A stretch of DNA of 54,470 nucleotides. Origin: an uncultured bacterium (GTDB lineage Bacteria > Eisenbacteria > RBG-16-71-46 > CAIMUX01 > WJJG01). This document shows positions 45,092 through 54,431 of the stretch, piece by piece. The position numbers were made by a program, and so were the translations under genes. The first letter of the stretch is position 1. Every line of letters begins with the position of its first letter. The notes beneath the pieces were generated by a model that made no database searches, was not told the origin of the DNA, and saw nothing but the letters and a program-made list of their open reading frames with translations. The DNA lies in assembly GCA_964388535.1 (NCBI GenBank), contig CAYMBA010000002.1, positions 1 through 54,470 on the forward strand, read 5' to 3'.

Positions 45092-46027
45092 ATGGGTAAG
45101 AGATTCATCCTCTTTTGGTCGCGGATCAAGCGTTGGATAAATACCTTCCCTACCAGCTTACTTCTCGGGTTTTTGCTTGGCATTATCTTCGCCGTAATTC
45201 TCCAAAAATGGAACGTATTCATTGCCGGCGTTCTCTTGGGCGTAGTTATCGAGCAATTGCTGCTTGGTATCAGGACCACTGTCGCTCATTGGATGGATAC
45301 TCATCCAATTCGTAGGCTACTTGGTACTATTGCAGCGGATGAAGTCTGCTACATCTATTTTTCTTCCTATCTCCGTGATCTCAGCAGGCCATCTGAATTC
45401 AAGCTAACCCGCTGGACAGGCGAGAAATCCCAAGGTGAAGAGCTAATTGAAGGTCCTGCATTCGTACTTGGCGAAGGAGACGCCCTGGCGCTGGCTTCAA
45501 TTCGCCAACTCCTCGCTCGAATCAAAAAGAAACAAGACCAGATAAAGGTCGAGAGGGCCGAAAGGTATATTGACAAATGGGGAGAGGGTTGCTTTTGCAT
45601 AGGAGCCCATAATCATAAAACCCGCGTTGTGCTGAGCAAGTTTAATAACCCTTACTTTGTTTTCGATGACAACTATGGCGTAATTACGTCGCCAGATCCT
45701 TCAGCACGCGTCACTGGGCAAGATGGCAAGCCTTATAGACTTGGTGTGTATATTGAGGAGTCACATGACTCGGAGCCTACTGACTATGGCATTCTCCTTA
45801 AGCTCACCGATCAATTCCATTCTTCTCGGAAGACAGTCTTTGTGGTCGCGGGTATTGGGCCAGCAGGTACTAGTGGTGCAGCATACTATCTGCTCAAGAA
45901 TTATGAAGAGTTGTCACAACTTGGCGATCAGTTTGGCGTGTTGGTTCAAGTTCCCAGTGGATACCAGTCTGCAAGACAGGTGGAGTTCCATGAGGTTGCT
46001 CGATATTATGTCCCACTTGAGGAATGA
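45092..46027 (+). CDS. Membrane-anchored hypothetical protein (311 aa), cassette ORF
   Basis: Two N-terminal TM helices (LLLGFLLGIIFAVIL, FIAGVLLGVVIEQLLL), then a soluble domain ending TVFVVAGIGPAGTSGAAYYLL (Rossmann-like strand-loop). Confidence 0.65.
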   Translation: MGKRFILFWSRIKRWINTFPTSLLLGFLLGIIFAVILQKWNVFIAGVLLGVVIEQLLLGIRTTVAHWMDTHPIRRLLGTIAADEVCYIYFSSYLRDLSRPSEFKLTRWTGEKSQGEELIEGPAFVLGEGDALALASIRQLLARIKKKQDQIKVERAERYIDKWGEGCFCIGAHNHKTRVVLSKFNNPYFVFDDNYGVITSPDPSARVTGQDGKPYRLGVYIEESHDSEPTDYGILLKLTDQFHSSRKTVFVVAGIGPAGTSGAAYYLLKNYEELSQLGDQFGVLVQVPSGYQSARQVEFHEVARYYVPLEE

Positions 46028-46266
46028 AGGGATGTGCCATGCATAATGTTACTCCTTCTGGTCACATCGATTCGCCTCGCTGCCCAAAGTGTGGTTCTCC
46101 AATGACAAAGAAGCGTCCTTACAGGGGAGGCACTGCCTCATTTTGGGAGATATATCCAGTCTCATCAACAGGATCAGCCAGCGCGTACATGTATCCAGAG
46201 CAGGAAATCTACTACTGTACCAATGAGGACTGTGGACAATCCTTGCTAGGACCTCGGCGAGACTAA
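46024..46266 (+). CDS. Small zinc-ribbon protein (80 aa)
   Basis: CPKCGS ... CTNEDCG (CxxC...CxxxC). It shares an ATGA overlap with the preceding ORF. Confidence 0.5.
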   Translation: MKGCAMHNVTPSGHIDSPRCPKCGSPMTKKRPYRGGTASFWEIYPVSSTGSASAYMYPEQEIYYCTNEDCGQSLLGPRRD

Positions 46267-46522
46267 TTCATGGTGTTTCGTCTGTTCTGCCTAACATCTA
46301 TGAAAGCGCCACAATAGTCAAGAGCCAACCCCGTTATCTCCTCCTTTTGGGAGAGTTTTCTGTATTCAGTTCACACCAGCGCCTCAAAGCCGCTCGGGCT
46401 CGCACGTGGCATTCGAGCCAAACCTCAAGGGCATACTCCTAGTTAAATGAAAAAGAGACGCTACGCGCGCACACTTCGACCTTCTCACTTCGGGGGAGGC
46501 GACATCTTGCCTGTAGTGGAAG

Positions 46523-46569
46523 CTCCAACCAGCCGGGGCGCTGTGCGGCGCCCCGGCTCGTGGTTGGAG
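46523..46569. terminator. Long GC-rich hairpin at the end of the minus-strand MoxR/VWA cluster
   Basis: CTCCAACCAGCCGGGGCGC pairs with GCGCCCCGGC(TCG)TGGTTGGAG: 19 bp with a 3-nt bulge. No clear T-run follows. Confidence 0.45.
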
Positions 46570-46625
46570 GTGTCTGAGCAGGACGGCCTACAGACAACGA
46601 TGTCCTAGCGGCCGGGCCGCCTCTG

Positions 46626-47165
46626 TCAAGTCGCAGACCTCCTCCGCTCGCTTCTCTCGCTTGCTGGTGGAGCTTGATCGTTCCTGGTCGCCTCCTCGTG
46701 AACAACCCAAAGATGATATGCCACGGGAAAGCTCTCTTGACAAAGCGCGGCCAGCTGCTCCGCGGTCTGCAGGCGCGCCCACCCGCGCACATCTTTGGGA
46801 TCTGGGTTATCGGGAGCATGCGGCGACTGGAAATACGCCACCAACACGCAGCGTAGCCAGATAGCCACAGCATCGCATTCCTCGGGCAGCCATAGCCCGC
46901 GCCGCGCGCAGGGCTCGCGCAAGAGATCTGCGACGCCCTCCAGGCCATATTTCTCGATCAGCGCTTCGCATCCGGCGATAGCTGCCGACATGCTGGCGCA
47001 GTACCGCGCCACGGCCTCCGACGAAACCGGCTTGCCAGCCACCAGGGTAAGCCGCCCGGCCAATTCCACGGCCGGCAACGTCACCAGCACCTCTTCGTCA
47101 TCGCCGGCAGCCCTGAGGTTGAGCCGCTTCGCCGAGGAGCGGGGCATGCGCAACGTGATTAGCAT
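46626..47165 (-). CDS. Hypothetical protein (179 aa)
   Basis: Same strand, with an ATGCTAA start/stop overlap with the upstream gene. No motif. Confidence 0.55.
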   Translation of the reverse strand: MLITLRMPRSSAKRLNLRAAGDDEEVLVTLPAVELAGRLTLVAGKPVSSEAVARYCASMSAAIAGCEALIEKYGLEGVADLLREPCARRGLWLPEECDAVAIWLRCVLVAYFQSPHAPDNPDPKDVRGWARLQTAEQLAALCQESFPVAYHLWVVHEEATRNDQAPPASERSERRRSAT

Positions 47166-47596
47166 CGCCTTGCCTTCGCAGAAGCGCTGGCCCCGGTCTC
47201 AGGGAAGCAGGCTGAGTTGCCCGTCGTCGATCTGCAGCTCTTTTTTGCGTCATGCGTCGCAAGGTCAAGGATGACCTTTTCCAGTCGGTGACTCCTGGGG
47301 CGGGATGGCATGACGCTACCGAGCGATTCGGCCTTGTCGTCGGGGGGATTGTCGCCCTCGGGGGCATCTTGCCCGTCGATTTGATCAAGCGGCTCTACAC
47401 TCAATTGGGAGAGGGCCGGCCCGGGCTCCATGATTCCAGCATCTACGCGGTGCAAGATCTTACCCGTTTCAAAGACTGCACCGCAGCCGCTGCAGCGTAC
47501 GCTCGTGTCGGGCGGCACCGCGTTCTCGTACTCAAGTCGTTCGCACTCCGGGCAGCGCCATACGTACCCGGAAGCGATCAAATCCACTCTAGTCAT
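47159..47596 (-). CDS. Zinc-ribbon protein (145 aa)
   Basis: WRCPECE...VRCSGCG (CxxC...CxxC) at the N-terminus. Confidence 0.55.
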   Translation of the reverse strand: MTRVDLIASGYVWRCPECERLEYENAVPPDTSVRCSGCGAVFETGKILHRVDAGIMEPGPALSQLSVEPLDQIDGQDAPEGDNPPDDKAESLGSVMPSRPRSHRLEKVILDLATHDAKKSCRSTTGNSACFPETGASASAKARRC

Positions 47597-47662
47597 GCAT
47601 CACCTCCTGGAAGAGAATGGATGCTCAAGGCTGCAGCTCGAGACCACCAGCCCAGCGCGCCT

Positions 47663-49147
47663 TCAAGCAGAGAGGGCCCCTTGCGGCGCGAGCTCGTGCA
47701 CCACAGCCATGTCTAGGAACTGGTTCTGCGCTCCGACCTCAATGACCATCTCCCAGAGCGATTCCACTTCACTGAGGTTGTCCGTCAGGCGTTCCCGGAG
47801 CGAAGCCATGCGCCGAAGCGCTTCTTCCGCTCTCCCCTCCCGCATCAGCTGCCAGATCTGATCAGCCCGGATCTCGATGGAAGCCCTTCGCTCGAGATCC
47901 CGAAGCGCGGCCCCCACGCTCTGGTCGGCGACCTCGACGTCGTGTGCGCCCGCCTGCTCATGGTTCTTGGATAGCCGCCGCAGGTCCTCAAGGGCCCGTT
48001 CCAGGGAGAGGTTGCCCGGGGCAAGGGCTTCCAAGGCTTGCAGTCGTCGGCTCCACGACCTGCGCGTGGCTGGCGAAATCGCCGCTCCGGACATCAAGGC
48101 ATCGGTGATCTCCTTGGCGACTTTGAGAAGGGAGGCCTGAATCTGAGCCACGATCTCTTGAGCCTGTTTCACCTGCGGATCAATGGCTTGGCGGAGGAGC
48201 CGCTCGCGCGTCCGGCGCTCCTCCTCAAGCTGGCGCAGCTGTTCCTGCCGGAAATGTCGCTCCACTTCCAGGAGCCGCTTCTGTTCTCTGGCCTTCTCGG
48301 CCTCGGCTTCCTGGCTCTCGCGTTCCGCGCGGCGGACATCCTCCAGGATCCTTTCCACCTTCTCCGGAAGCGGCCGCTCGATGGGAACGAGCTGCATGCG
48401 GATCTTTTGCCGGATGTCCTCCTCGTGAGGAAACCGGCGCTCGAAGGTCGCCATGCTACGGCGCATGAACGCTTCTTTGGCGAGCCCCTCAACCCTGCCC
48501 AGGCGCAGCATGTTTTCGTAGGCTGCGGTCGAGGCCTGGAGCCAGCGCTCTCGCGCCTCTTTGCGTATCGTTTCGTAGCCTTTGAGGAGCAATCGGTCGC
48601 GTGTGTCAGCGAACTCGCGAATGAGCTCCTTGACGGCCCCCTCAAAGGCAGAAGATGCCGCCAGGGGAACCCACCAGGCGCGCTTTCCGCCCTCCCAGAT
48701 CTGGATGGCTCCGGCGCGCCTACAGACGGTGCTCTCGCGGGCGGCGATAGCGCGCAGCGCGTTGGGGATCCTCTTGTCCACCAGACCGCCTCGAAGCTCC
48801 CGGAATACTTCGGTTCTCGGGTCATCCTCGGGGATCCCGGCCTCGGTCAGCAGCGCGGAGGTCTCGAACATGCGCAGCCCGAAGGCCCGGATCAGGCAAC
48901 GCATGCCGTCGGTGCGGGCGAAAAGCTCCTGCGGTGGAAGGACCTCCATCAAGAGCGCGATCCGCTCCTCCTTGGAGAGCGCATCCAGCCGCTCATACAC
49001 TTGCCTGTAGACATCCATGGTCTCTTGTCTCCTAGAAGGGATGAACCGCAGGGCCACATCCACGATCCATGGCCCTGCGGCATGCTTGTCGAAGATCCTG
49101 CCCAGGGTGGATGGACAGAACGGGGTCCATTTGTGGGTGTGGCTCAC
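47663..49147 (-). CDS. Hypothetical protein with a long coiled-coil C-terminal half (possibly DUF3150-like)
   Basis: 494 aa with E/R/K/L-rich heptad-like stretches (RAERESQEAEAEKAREQKRLLEVERHFRQEQLRQLEEERR). The family assignment is a memory-based guess. Confidence 0.6.
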   Translation of the reverse strand: MSHTHKWTPFCPSTLGRIFDKHAAGPWIVDVALRFIPSRRQETMDVYRQVYERLDALSKEERIALLMEVLPPQELFARTDGMRCLIRAFGLRMFETSALLTEAGIPEDDPRTEVFRELRGGLVDKRIPNALRAIAARESTVCRRAGAIQIWEGGKRAWWVPLAASSAFEGAVKELIREFADTRDRLLLKGYETIRKEARERWLQASTAAYENMLRLGRVEGLAKEAFMRRSMATFERRFPHEEDIRQKIRMQLVPIERPLPEKVERILEDVRRAERESQEAEAEKAREQKRLLEVERHFRQEQLRQLEEERRTRERLLRQAIDPQVKQAQEIVAQIQASLLKVAKEITDALMSGAAISPATRRSWSRRLQALEALAPGNLSLERALEDLRRLSKNHEQAGAHDVEVADQSVGAALRDLERRASIEIRADQIWQLMREGRAEEALRRMASLRERLTDNLSEVESLWEMVIEVGAQNQFLDMAVVHELAPQGALSA

Positions 49148-49341
49148 CCTGGACCTTGACTTGTCTATGCATTGGGGAGAGGCGCCGGACGTCTCGCCCC
49201 GGCCGCGCCCCAGCGCCTAGCCCGAGCATGAGCCGCCGCGGAAAGACCTGACATAGGCCGCTCGGTCTAGGTGTGAAGGGGAACCAGCCATCTCATGCCG
49301 TAGACCAAAGGATGCGGCGGCGGCCAGTCCGATAATGCCCT

Positions 49342-50949
49342 CTAGAGCAGGGGGCGTATCGCCTCGGCCAAGCGGTCCCGCTCTTGGAAAAGGTCGTCCA
49401 GGAGTATCGCCCTGTCCGCGAACCCCGCCTGGCTTGGCTGCCCCTTGATCACCACGGCCACGAGTTTGAGGCCAGGCTCCATACGCGCCTCGTCGAGAAG
49501 GTCTAGGAAACCCTCCGGCGGCGGCCCGAAGGAGCCGTCCGTGATGATCAGGATGTCGCCCTCTCTAAGTGATGGATCTTCTTGGATCCGCTGGACGGCG
49601 GCCGTCAGCGGAGCGTAGGGCTCCGTGCCGCCGCTGTAGAACCGCTCCAGGTGCTCCACCAGCTCCCTGGGGTCCGGTCGCGGGCCCGGGTCGTAGACTT
49701 CGTACTGGCCCGCCCCGGAGAAGGGGATGGACACGAAACGGCGCCGCTCCTGCATGGCCAGCTTCATCAAAGCCAGTTCCAGGGCGCACGCGGTCGCATT
49801 GGGCCAGCCGCGCATGCTGCCGCTCTTGTCGTTCAGGATCACGAAGGGGCCCCGGCCGGCCTCGTCCTCACCTTCGTATTGGCGGTGGAGAAGCTCTCCG
49901 TCCAGCGCTCGACGCAGGAAATCCAGCGCCATGGGCGATTCGGGATCCGGGTCTACCAGGCCCATCAGCTCCTCGGGGGCGATAGTCTCCAGGTCCAACT
50001 CCTGAGTGCGGTGGTGGGTGAACTTCTCGCGGCCGCGCCTCGACCTGCGCCGCTCCGCGGACACCATCCGCTTTGCCCAACCGAGCACCTCCAGCAACTG
50101 CCTCAGGTGACTGGAGCGCGCCAGGTAATCGGCGAGATCTTGCAAGCCCTCGATCTCCTGGCGCGTGGCGCTTGCGCTGGCGCCCAGTCCCCACCCGAAT
50201 CCAAATTCCTGCGCTGCGGTCTTCAGACCGGATAGATTGGCTGCTGCTTCAGTGATGCTTCCTGCCAGGGCTTGTTCGATGCGGGCCGATGCTTCATCCA
50301 TCGCCTTGGTGACCTCGCTCGCGGTCGCCGCAGCCTTAGCCTGGGCCTGTTGGACCTGTCCCTGAAGCTGCTGGGCCCTCCCTCTCACTTCGCGTCTATC
50401 CAATCCTTGAGTTGGGTCGCCGGGCTTGCCGTCACTCTGGCGCGATTGCGTCGCTCCCATCTCGGCGGCAAACGCCTGCAGAGCCTGCATCTCGCTTCGC
50501 AATTCGTCGAGGGCATCCTGGGCTTGCTGCGCCTCCTCCATCTTCCGCCTGACTTCAGGCGGGAGCTTGTCGATCAGCTCGCGGGCGAAATGCGCCGCGC
50601 CGAACGCGCACGCGACTTCGTCGGCGCCCGTCGAGGCCCGAAGCGCCTTCCATTCGTCCATTCGCTCAGCATGCCCGAAGATGGAGTGTGTGACGCGCAA
50701 CCCGTCCGGCGCCTGTGGCTTTATTGGATTGCCCGGCGAGTAGAGGCCAAGCCATGCCTCTCGGGTAATGTTCTTGGCAACCTCGCGCGTGCGCGCCTCC
50801 GCCTGCTGGAGCACCTCCATCTCCCGGGTCTCCAGCCAGGCTGCGTGGTCTACGTTGAGGATGTCCTGCCAGATGCTCTCTGGCGGGTCGAGGAGATACT
50901 CGCTTGCGGTCAGGAGGTCGTAGTCTGCAACATCATCAGGCTTTGACAT
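49342..50949 (-). CDS. von Willebrand factor A (VWA) domain protein (CobT/CoxE-like)
   Basis: MIDAS DxSxS motif in FVILNDKSGSM near the C-terminal third, with a coiled-coil N-terminal part. It lies downstream of a MoxR-type ATPase. Confidence 0.75.
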   Translation of the reverse strand: MSKPDDVADYDLLTASEYLLDPPESIWQDILNVDHAAWLETREMEVLQQAEARTREVAKNITREAWLGLYSPGNPIKPQAPDGLRVTHSIFGHAERMDEWKALRASTGADEVACAFGAAHFARELIDKLPPEVRRKMEEAQQAQDALDELRSEMQALQAFAAEMGATQSRQSDGKPGDPTQGLDRREVRGRAQQLQGQVQQAQAKAAATASEVTKAMDEASARIEQALAGSITEAAANLSGLKTAAQEFGFGWGLGASASATRQEIEGLQDLADYLARSSHLRQLLEVLGWAKRMVSAERRRSRRGREKFTHHRTQELDLETIAPEELMGLVDPDPESPMALDFLRRALDGELLHRQYEGEDEAGRGPFVILNDKSGSMRGWPNATACALELALMKLAMQERRRFVSIPFSGAGQYEVYDPGPRPDPRELVEHLERFYSGGTEPYAPLTAAVQRIQEDPSLREGDILIITDGSFGPPPEGFLDLLDEARMEPGLKLVAVVIKGQPSQAGFADRAILLDDLFQERDRLAEAIRPLL

Positions 50950-51037
50950 TCGATTCCTCGTACTCCGTGGAGGTCAAGTCAAAGATCCCCGAAGGGGGAG
51001 CGCCAACACCTCTCTTACCGACGGCCGAGTCCGGGCG

Positions 51038-52306
51038 TTAGGCGCTCGTCTGGACCGCCATCACCTCCACACCGCGCTCGACGAGCTTTGCCTGGGCGTC
51101 CTGGAGTTGATGGAGCAGCTCTGCCTTTTGCGCGGCAAGCTCCGGGTCGCGCACCTTCGCCTGCAGAAGCTGCTGATGCTTCTTGAGCTTCGTTTGCCAG
51201 GCAACCAGGGCTTGCATGTTCTCCTCCGTCGCCGCCCTGCTCAGGATGTCCTCCACATCCGCGGCTGCAGACAGGAGGATTTGCCTCTCCGGGTCGCTGA
51301 TTTGGGCCACGATGTTGCGAACGTTGTCCCTCTCCTCCAGGCCGATCCAGAGGATGTGCTGGCCGACCAGCAGCGATTTGGAGGAGGCCTTCTTCTCCCC
51401 CTTGAGCATGGAATACGCGGTGGCAGCCCGGGCCCAGCCGCGGAACCGCCGCGGGGAGACGGGAATGCCGTCCTTGTTCAGCTTCGTCCGCACGCGGACC
51501 ATGCGGCTCTTCACCGGCTCGGTCAGCTGCATGGCCCTGTACTCGACCAGGGCCTGGACAAGCAGGATCTCCTCCGGGGCAAGCCTGGCGGTGATGGGCC
51601 GGCGTCCGCCCTCGCTGCTCAGAAGGCGCTCCCAGTCCTGCGGCCGGCCCGGGTAGCTCACCTCCTTGCGCAGCAGGATGCGGTCCCAAGCCGCGTTCTG
51701 GGGCACGGCGTTCACCAGCTCGTTGCTGGCCGCGATGCCCAGCAGGAGCGGCAGTCGATGCACGCGGTCGGGCTCTGAGAGCGTGTGCTCCTCGTAGGCC
51801 TCCAGAAGCATGTTGAGCACAGAGCCGGACGCTTTGAAGAGCTCGTCGATGATGGCGACGCTGGCCGTCGCCAGGCCCGACAGTTTTCGGGCCCATCGAC
51901 CCTCACGCAGGGCGTTCGGATCCAGGGCTCCGAAGAGGTCGTTGCGTGAGATGTCTGGGTTGAGGTTGATACGGAAGAGCTGTCCGTCGACGCCCTGGGC
52001 GATCATGCGCGCGAGCGTGGTCTTGGCCGCTCCGGGGAGCGACAAGAAGAACACGTTTTCCCCTGCCAGGAGCGCAACCAGGGCCAGCTCGATCTCCTCC
52101 TCCATGGCGATCAGCTGGGATTGGATTTCCTCCCTCAGAAGGCGGACGCGAGTCATGAACTCGGTGAGATCCATGCTCTTGGCGGCCTTCGGAGCTGCGT
52201 TGAACAGCCCGACACGGTCACGCGCGAGCAGCAATTCGGGGTTTGCACCGGCTGCATCGGCCGATGCCACGAGGAACTTGCCGTCGTGTGTTTCGAGAGT
52301 CTTCAT
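51038..52306 (-). CDS. MoxR/CobS-like AAA+ ATPase
   Basis: Walker A is LSLPGAAKTTLARMIA and Walker B is VAIIDELFKAS. Confidence 0.8.
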   Translation of the reverse strand: MKTLETHDGKFLVASADAAGANPELLLARDRVGLFNAAPKAAKSMDLTEFMTRVRLLREEIQSQLIAMEEEIELALVALLAGENVFFLSLPGAAKTTLARMIAQGVDGQLFRINLNPDISRNDLFGALDPNALREGRWARKLSGLATASVAIIDELFKASGSVLNMLLEAYEEHTLSEPDRVHRLPLLLGIAASNELVNAVPQNAAWDRILLRKEVSYPGRPQDWERLLSSEGGRRPITARLAPEEILLVQALVEYRAMQLTEPVKSRMVRVRTKLNKDGIPVSPRRFRGWARAATAYSMLKGEKKASSKSLLVGQHILWIGLEERDNVRNIVAQISDPERQILLSAAADVEDILSRAATEENMQALVAWQTKLKKHQQLLQAKVRDPELAAQKAELLHQLQDAQAKLVERGVEVMAVQTSA

Positions 52307-52359
52307 GAGAGGTCTCCGGTAGAGGTCAGCACGTTATGGAAGCGTGCGAACTTCTTCAT
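52303..52359 (-). CDS. 18-codon upstream ORF (MKKFARFHNVLTSTGDLS) coupled to the MoxR gene
   Basis: AGGAGGAG lies 3-10 nt upstream of ATG 52359. Its TGA overlaps the MoxR ATG (ATGA). Below the ORF-track size cutoff. Confidence 0.35.
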   Translation of the reverse strand: MKKFARFHNVLTSTGDLS

Positions 52360-52370
52360 GGTCTCCTCCT

Positions 52371-52405
52371 GGAATCGAAAGCCGCAGGGACCCTCACCCT
52401 GCGGC
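52371..52405 (-). terminator. Rho-independent terminator after the toxin-antitoxin pair
   Basis: GCCGCAGGG (52381-52389) pairs with CCCTGCGGC (52397-52405). On the minus strand it is followed by TTTCGATTCC. Confidence 0.65.
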
Positions 52406-52473
52406 ATCGGGTGTAACGCTTACGGCGGTCGTTGCTTGTTCCGCCTCAAACCTGTTTTGGGAATATCGTTGGG

Positions 52474-52926
52474 TTATCCGCCTTCGATGCGAGCTAGGAG
52501 TGCCGCAGTTGTAAACCGGGGCACGCCAGCGGCCTCGAAATCACGGTCGTTGGACCAGATCGGAGCATCGAGATGGAGGGCAAGGGCCAGCAAGTCCACA
52601 TCTTTGGGGTCGCGCACACCGATGCGCTCGTGGGCCTCTGGGACGCGCGCCTCATACACCTCGCGCTCATGGATTACAAGCGGCAACATCCGGAGGGATA
52701 TCTCAAGGAACTCCTCTGATCGTCCGATCTTATTGGCCAGGGTGGGGAGGTATTTGCGGACTTCAGATATGGTGAAGGCTGCAGTAGCAAACTCTCGTGT
52801 GGGCGAGGCCCAGAAAACGCGGGATGCAGCCCCCCGCTCGCTGAGCAGGGCGGAGAGGATGGGGTTGGCATCGACGACGAGTCTATTTGGGACGGCGCTA
52901 CTTGCGGGAGCGTTCGAAGTCTTCAA
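52474..52926 (-). CDS. PIN-domain (VapC-like) toxin
   Basis: N-terminal LVVDANPILSALL and C-terminal IWSNDRDF acidic residues, in the typical layout downstream of a small antitoxin gene. Confidence 0.75.
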   Translation of the reverse strand: MKTSNAPASSAVPNRLVVDANPILSALLSERGAASRVFWASPTREFATAAFTISEVRKYLPTLANKIGRSEEFLEISLRMLPLVIHEREVYEARVPEAHERIGVRDPKDVDLLALALHLDAPIWSNDRDFEAAGVPRFTTAALLARIEGG

Positions 52927-53149
52927 GGATCTCCTCTTCCGCGATCCCCTTCTCCTCCAGTGCCTGGCGGACGGCGCGTGCGAGAGTCAGTTGTAACTCC
53001 TTGCGCAACTCGAATGGCAAGTCGTCCGTCGCGCTAAGGGGGAGATAGAGACCGGCGGCCTTCCCGCGGCGCGTGATCAGAAGAGGCTCGGATCCCCGAA
53101 GGAATTTGGTCGCTCTGTCCCGGAATTCCTTCACACTTGCAGTCTTCAT
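52898..53149 (-). CDS. Phd/YefM-like antitoxin
   Basis: MKTASVKEFRDRATKFLRGSEPLLITRRGKAAGLYLPL is typical of a Phd/YefM N-terminus. It overlaps the PIN gene start. Confidence 0.7.
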   Translation of the reverse strand: MKTASVKEFRDRATKFLRGSEPLLITRRGKAAGLYLPLSATDDLPFELRKELQLTLARAVRQALEEKGIAEEEILEDFERSRK

Positions 53150-53249
53150 GTGGTCACCTCGGTGGTCATTATACTAGAGCGGGCAGCTACTTGGTAGTAG
53201 TTGGGTGCTTGATGAGTCTGGCCTTCAGTCACGCTGGTCGGCAGCCGGC

Positions 53250-54431
53250 TCATGTCCTCAGATACGACAATCTGCGGCGCACCAGGTCAGCGAAGATTTC
53301 ATCGCCCCGCTCGATCTGGGCCAGCTCATTCACATCCTTCACGGGCATGTTGCCCACCTGCTTGGGTAGGCGGAGTACCTGCACCCGGTGGCCGGCCATG
53401 AGCGCCTCTCGCCAGCGTTCGGCTCCCTGGATCCCGGCGGGGTCGTTGTTGGGGACGATGACAAGCGGGCGCTCCAGATTGCCCAGGCGCTCGGCGTGTT
53501 CGCGCTTCATCTCGCCGCCGGCGACCGCCACGGCGTCATAGCCCCACTGGCGCAGGGTCAGCATGTCCAATGGGGCCTCCACGATCATCACCGACCCACG
53601 GCCGCGGTAGGGCAACGACGCGTACCCATACAGCGGCTTGGGCCAGTCCGGCAGGCTGAGGTATTTCGGCGCCTGTTCCGGCAGGTTGTCACCGGGGAAC
53701 TTGCGGCCGATCAGGTGGACCACCCTGTAGGAAAAGTCCCGGTCCGTGAGGGTGATCCGGCCGTAGAAGGTTTCATAGAAACCCCGTCGGCTGCGCTTCC
53801 TGCGCAGCACCCCGGCCTCCAGCAGCGCCTCCCGCGGCACGGCCATCAGCTCTGCGGCCACCTGCAACAAATTGCTGTGCGAGGGGCAGTAGCCGAACTG
53901 CCCGTCCCGGACGGTCTTCCAGGTTAAGCCGCGATCGTAGAGGTAGCGGAGCGGCGTCCCGTCGCCATCCCCGAGCTTCACGAGGTGCTCGTGGTAGACG
54001 CGTGCAGCCAGGTCGAGCGCTGCCAGGATGGGTTGCGTGAGTCGCTTCTCCTGCGGGAGCGACGTCCGCTCAACTCGGGGTGGGGGGGTGGGGCGTTTCC
54101 GGGGCCGAGCCCTTTGCCGTGCTTCTGCCGCATCTTGGCGCGCGCCGAGCTCCCGGAGCACGACCCTGAATTTGCGTCCGTCGGTCTTGTCCCATTGTTC
54201 CGCGAACAGCGCATACCCCACGAAATCGATCACGTCTCCAGAAAGCCCGCAGCCGGCCCCGAAGCATTTGAAGTTGCCATCCTCCGGGTAGACGAAGAAG
54301 GAGGGTGTGTGGTCGTCGTGGAAGGGGCAGCGGGCCCGGTAGTTCTGGCCACTGGGCTTTAGGCGCACCCCGTAGCGCTCCACAACCTCCGCGATCGGAT
54401 TCTGTGCCTTGAGTTGATCCAGATCGGTCAT
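53250..54431 (-). CDS. DnaG-type DNA primase (CHC2 zinc finger + TOPRIM)
   Basis: CPFHDDHTPSFFVY...FKCFGAGCGLSGDVIDF is a CHC2 finger. TOPRIM is VMIVEAPLDMLTL ... LVIVPNNDPAG. Confidence 0.85.
   Translation of the reverse strand: MTDLDQLKAQNPIAEVVERYGVRLKPSGQNYRARCPFHDDHTPSFFVYPEDGNFKCFGAGCGLSGDVIDFVGYALFAEQWDKTDGRKFRVVLRELGARQDAAEARQRARPRKRPTPPPRVERTSLPQEKRLTQPILAALDLAARVYHEHLVKLGDGDGTPLRYLYDRGLTWKTVRDGQFGYCPSHSNLLQVAAELMAVPREALLEAGVLRRKRSRRGFYETFYGRITLTDRDFSYRVVHLIGRKFPGDNLPEQAPKYLSLPDWPKPLYGYASLPYRGRGSVMIVEAPLDMLTLRQWGYDAVAVAGGEMKREHAERLGNLERPLVIVPNNDPAGIQGAERWREALMAGHRVQVLRLPKQVGNMPVKDVNELAQIERGDEIFADLVRRRLSYLRT

Noticed and set aside
46289-46448. Possible fourth or fifth attC (GCCTAAC at 46289 with GTTAAAT at 46442, or GTTATCT at 46331)
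   Set aside because: The arms between the cores show no convincing complementarity (only TATG/CATA). The 160-bp length is beyond the usual range. It is kept only as a lone inverse-core-like heptamer at the block edge.
48038-51896. Long antisense ORFs over the coiled-coil, VWA and MoxR genes (48038-49159, 49582-50235, 51015-51896)
   Set aside because: Same shadow-ORF reasoning. The opposite-strand genes carry Walker, MIDAS and coiled-coil signatures.
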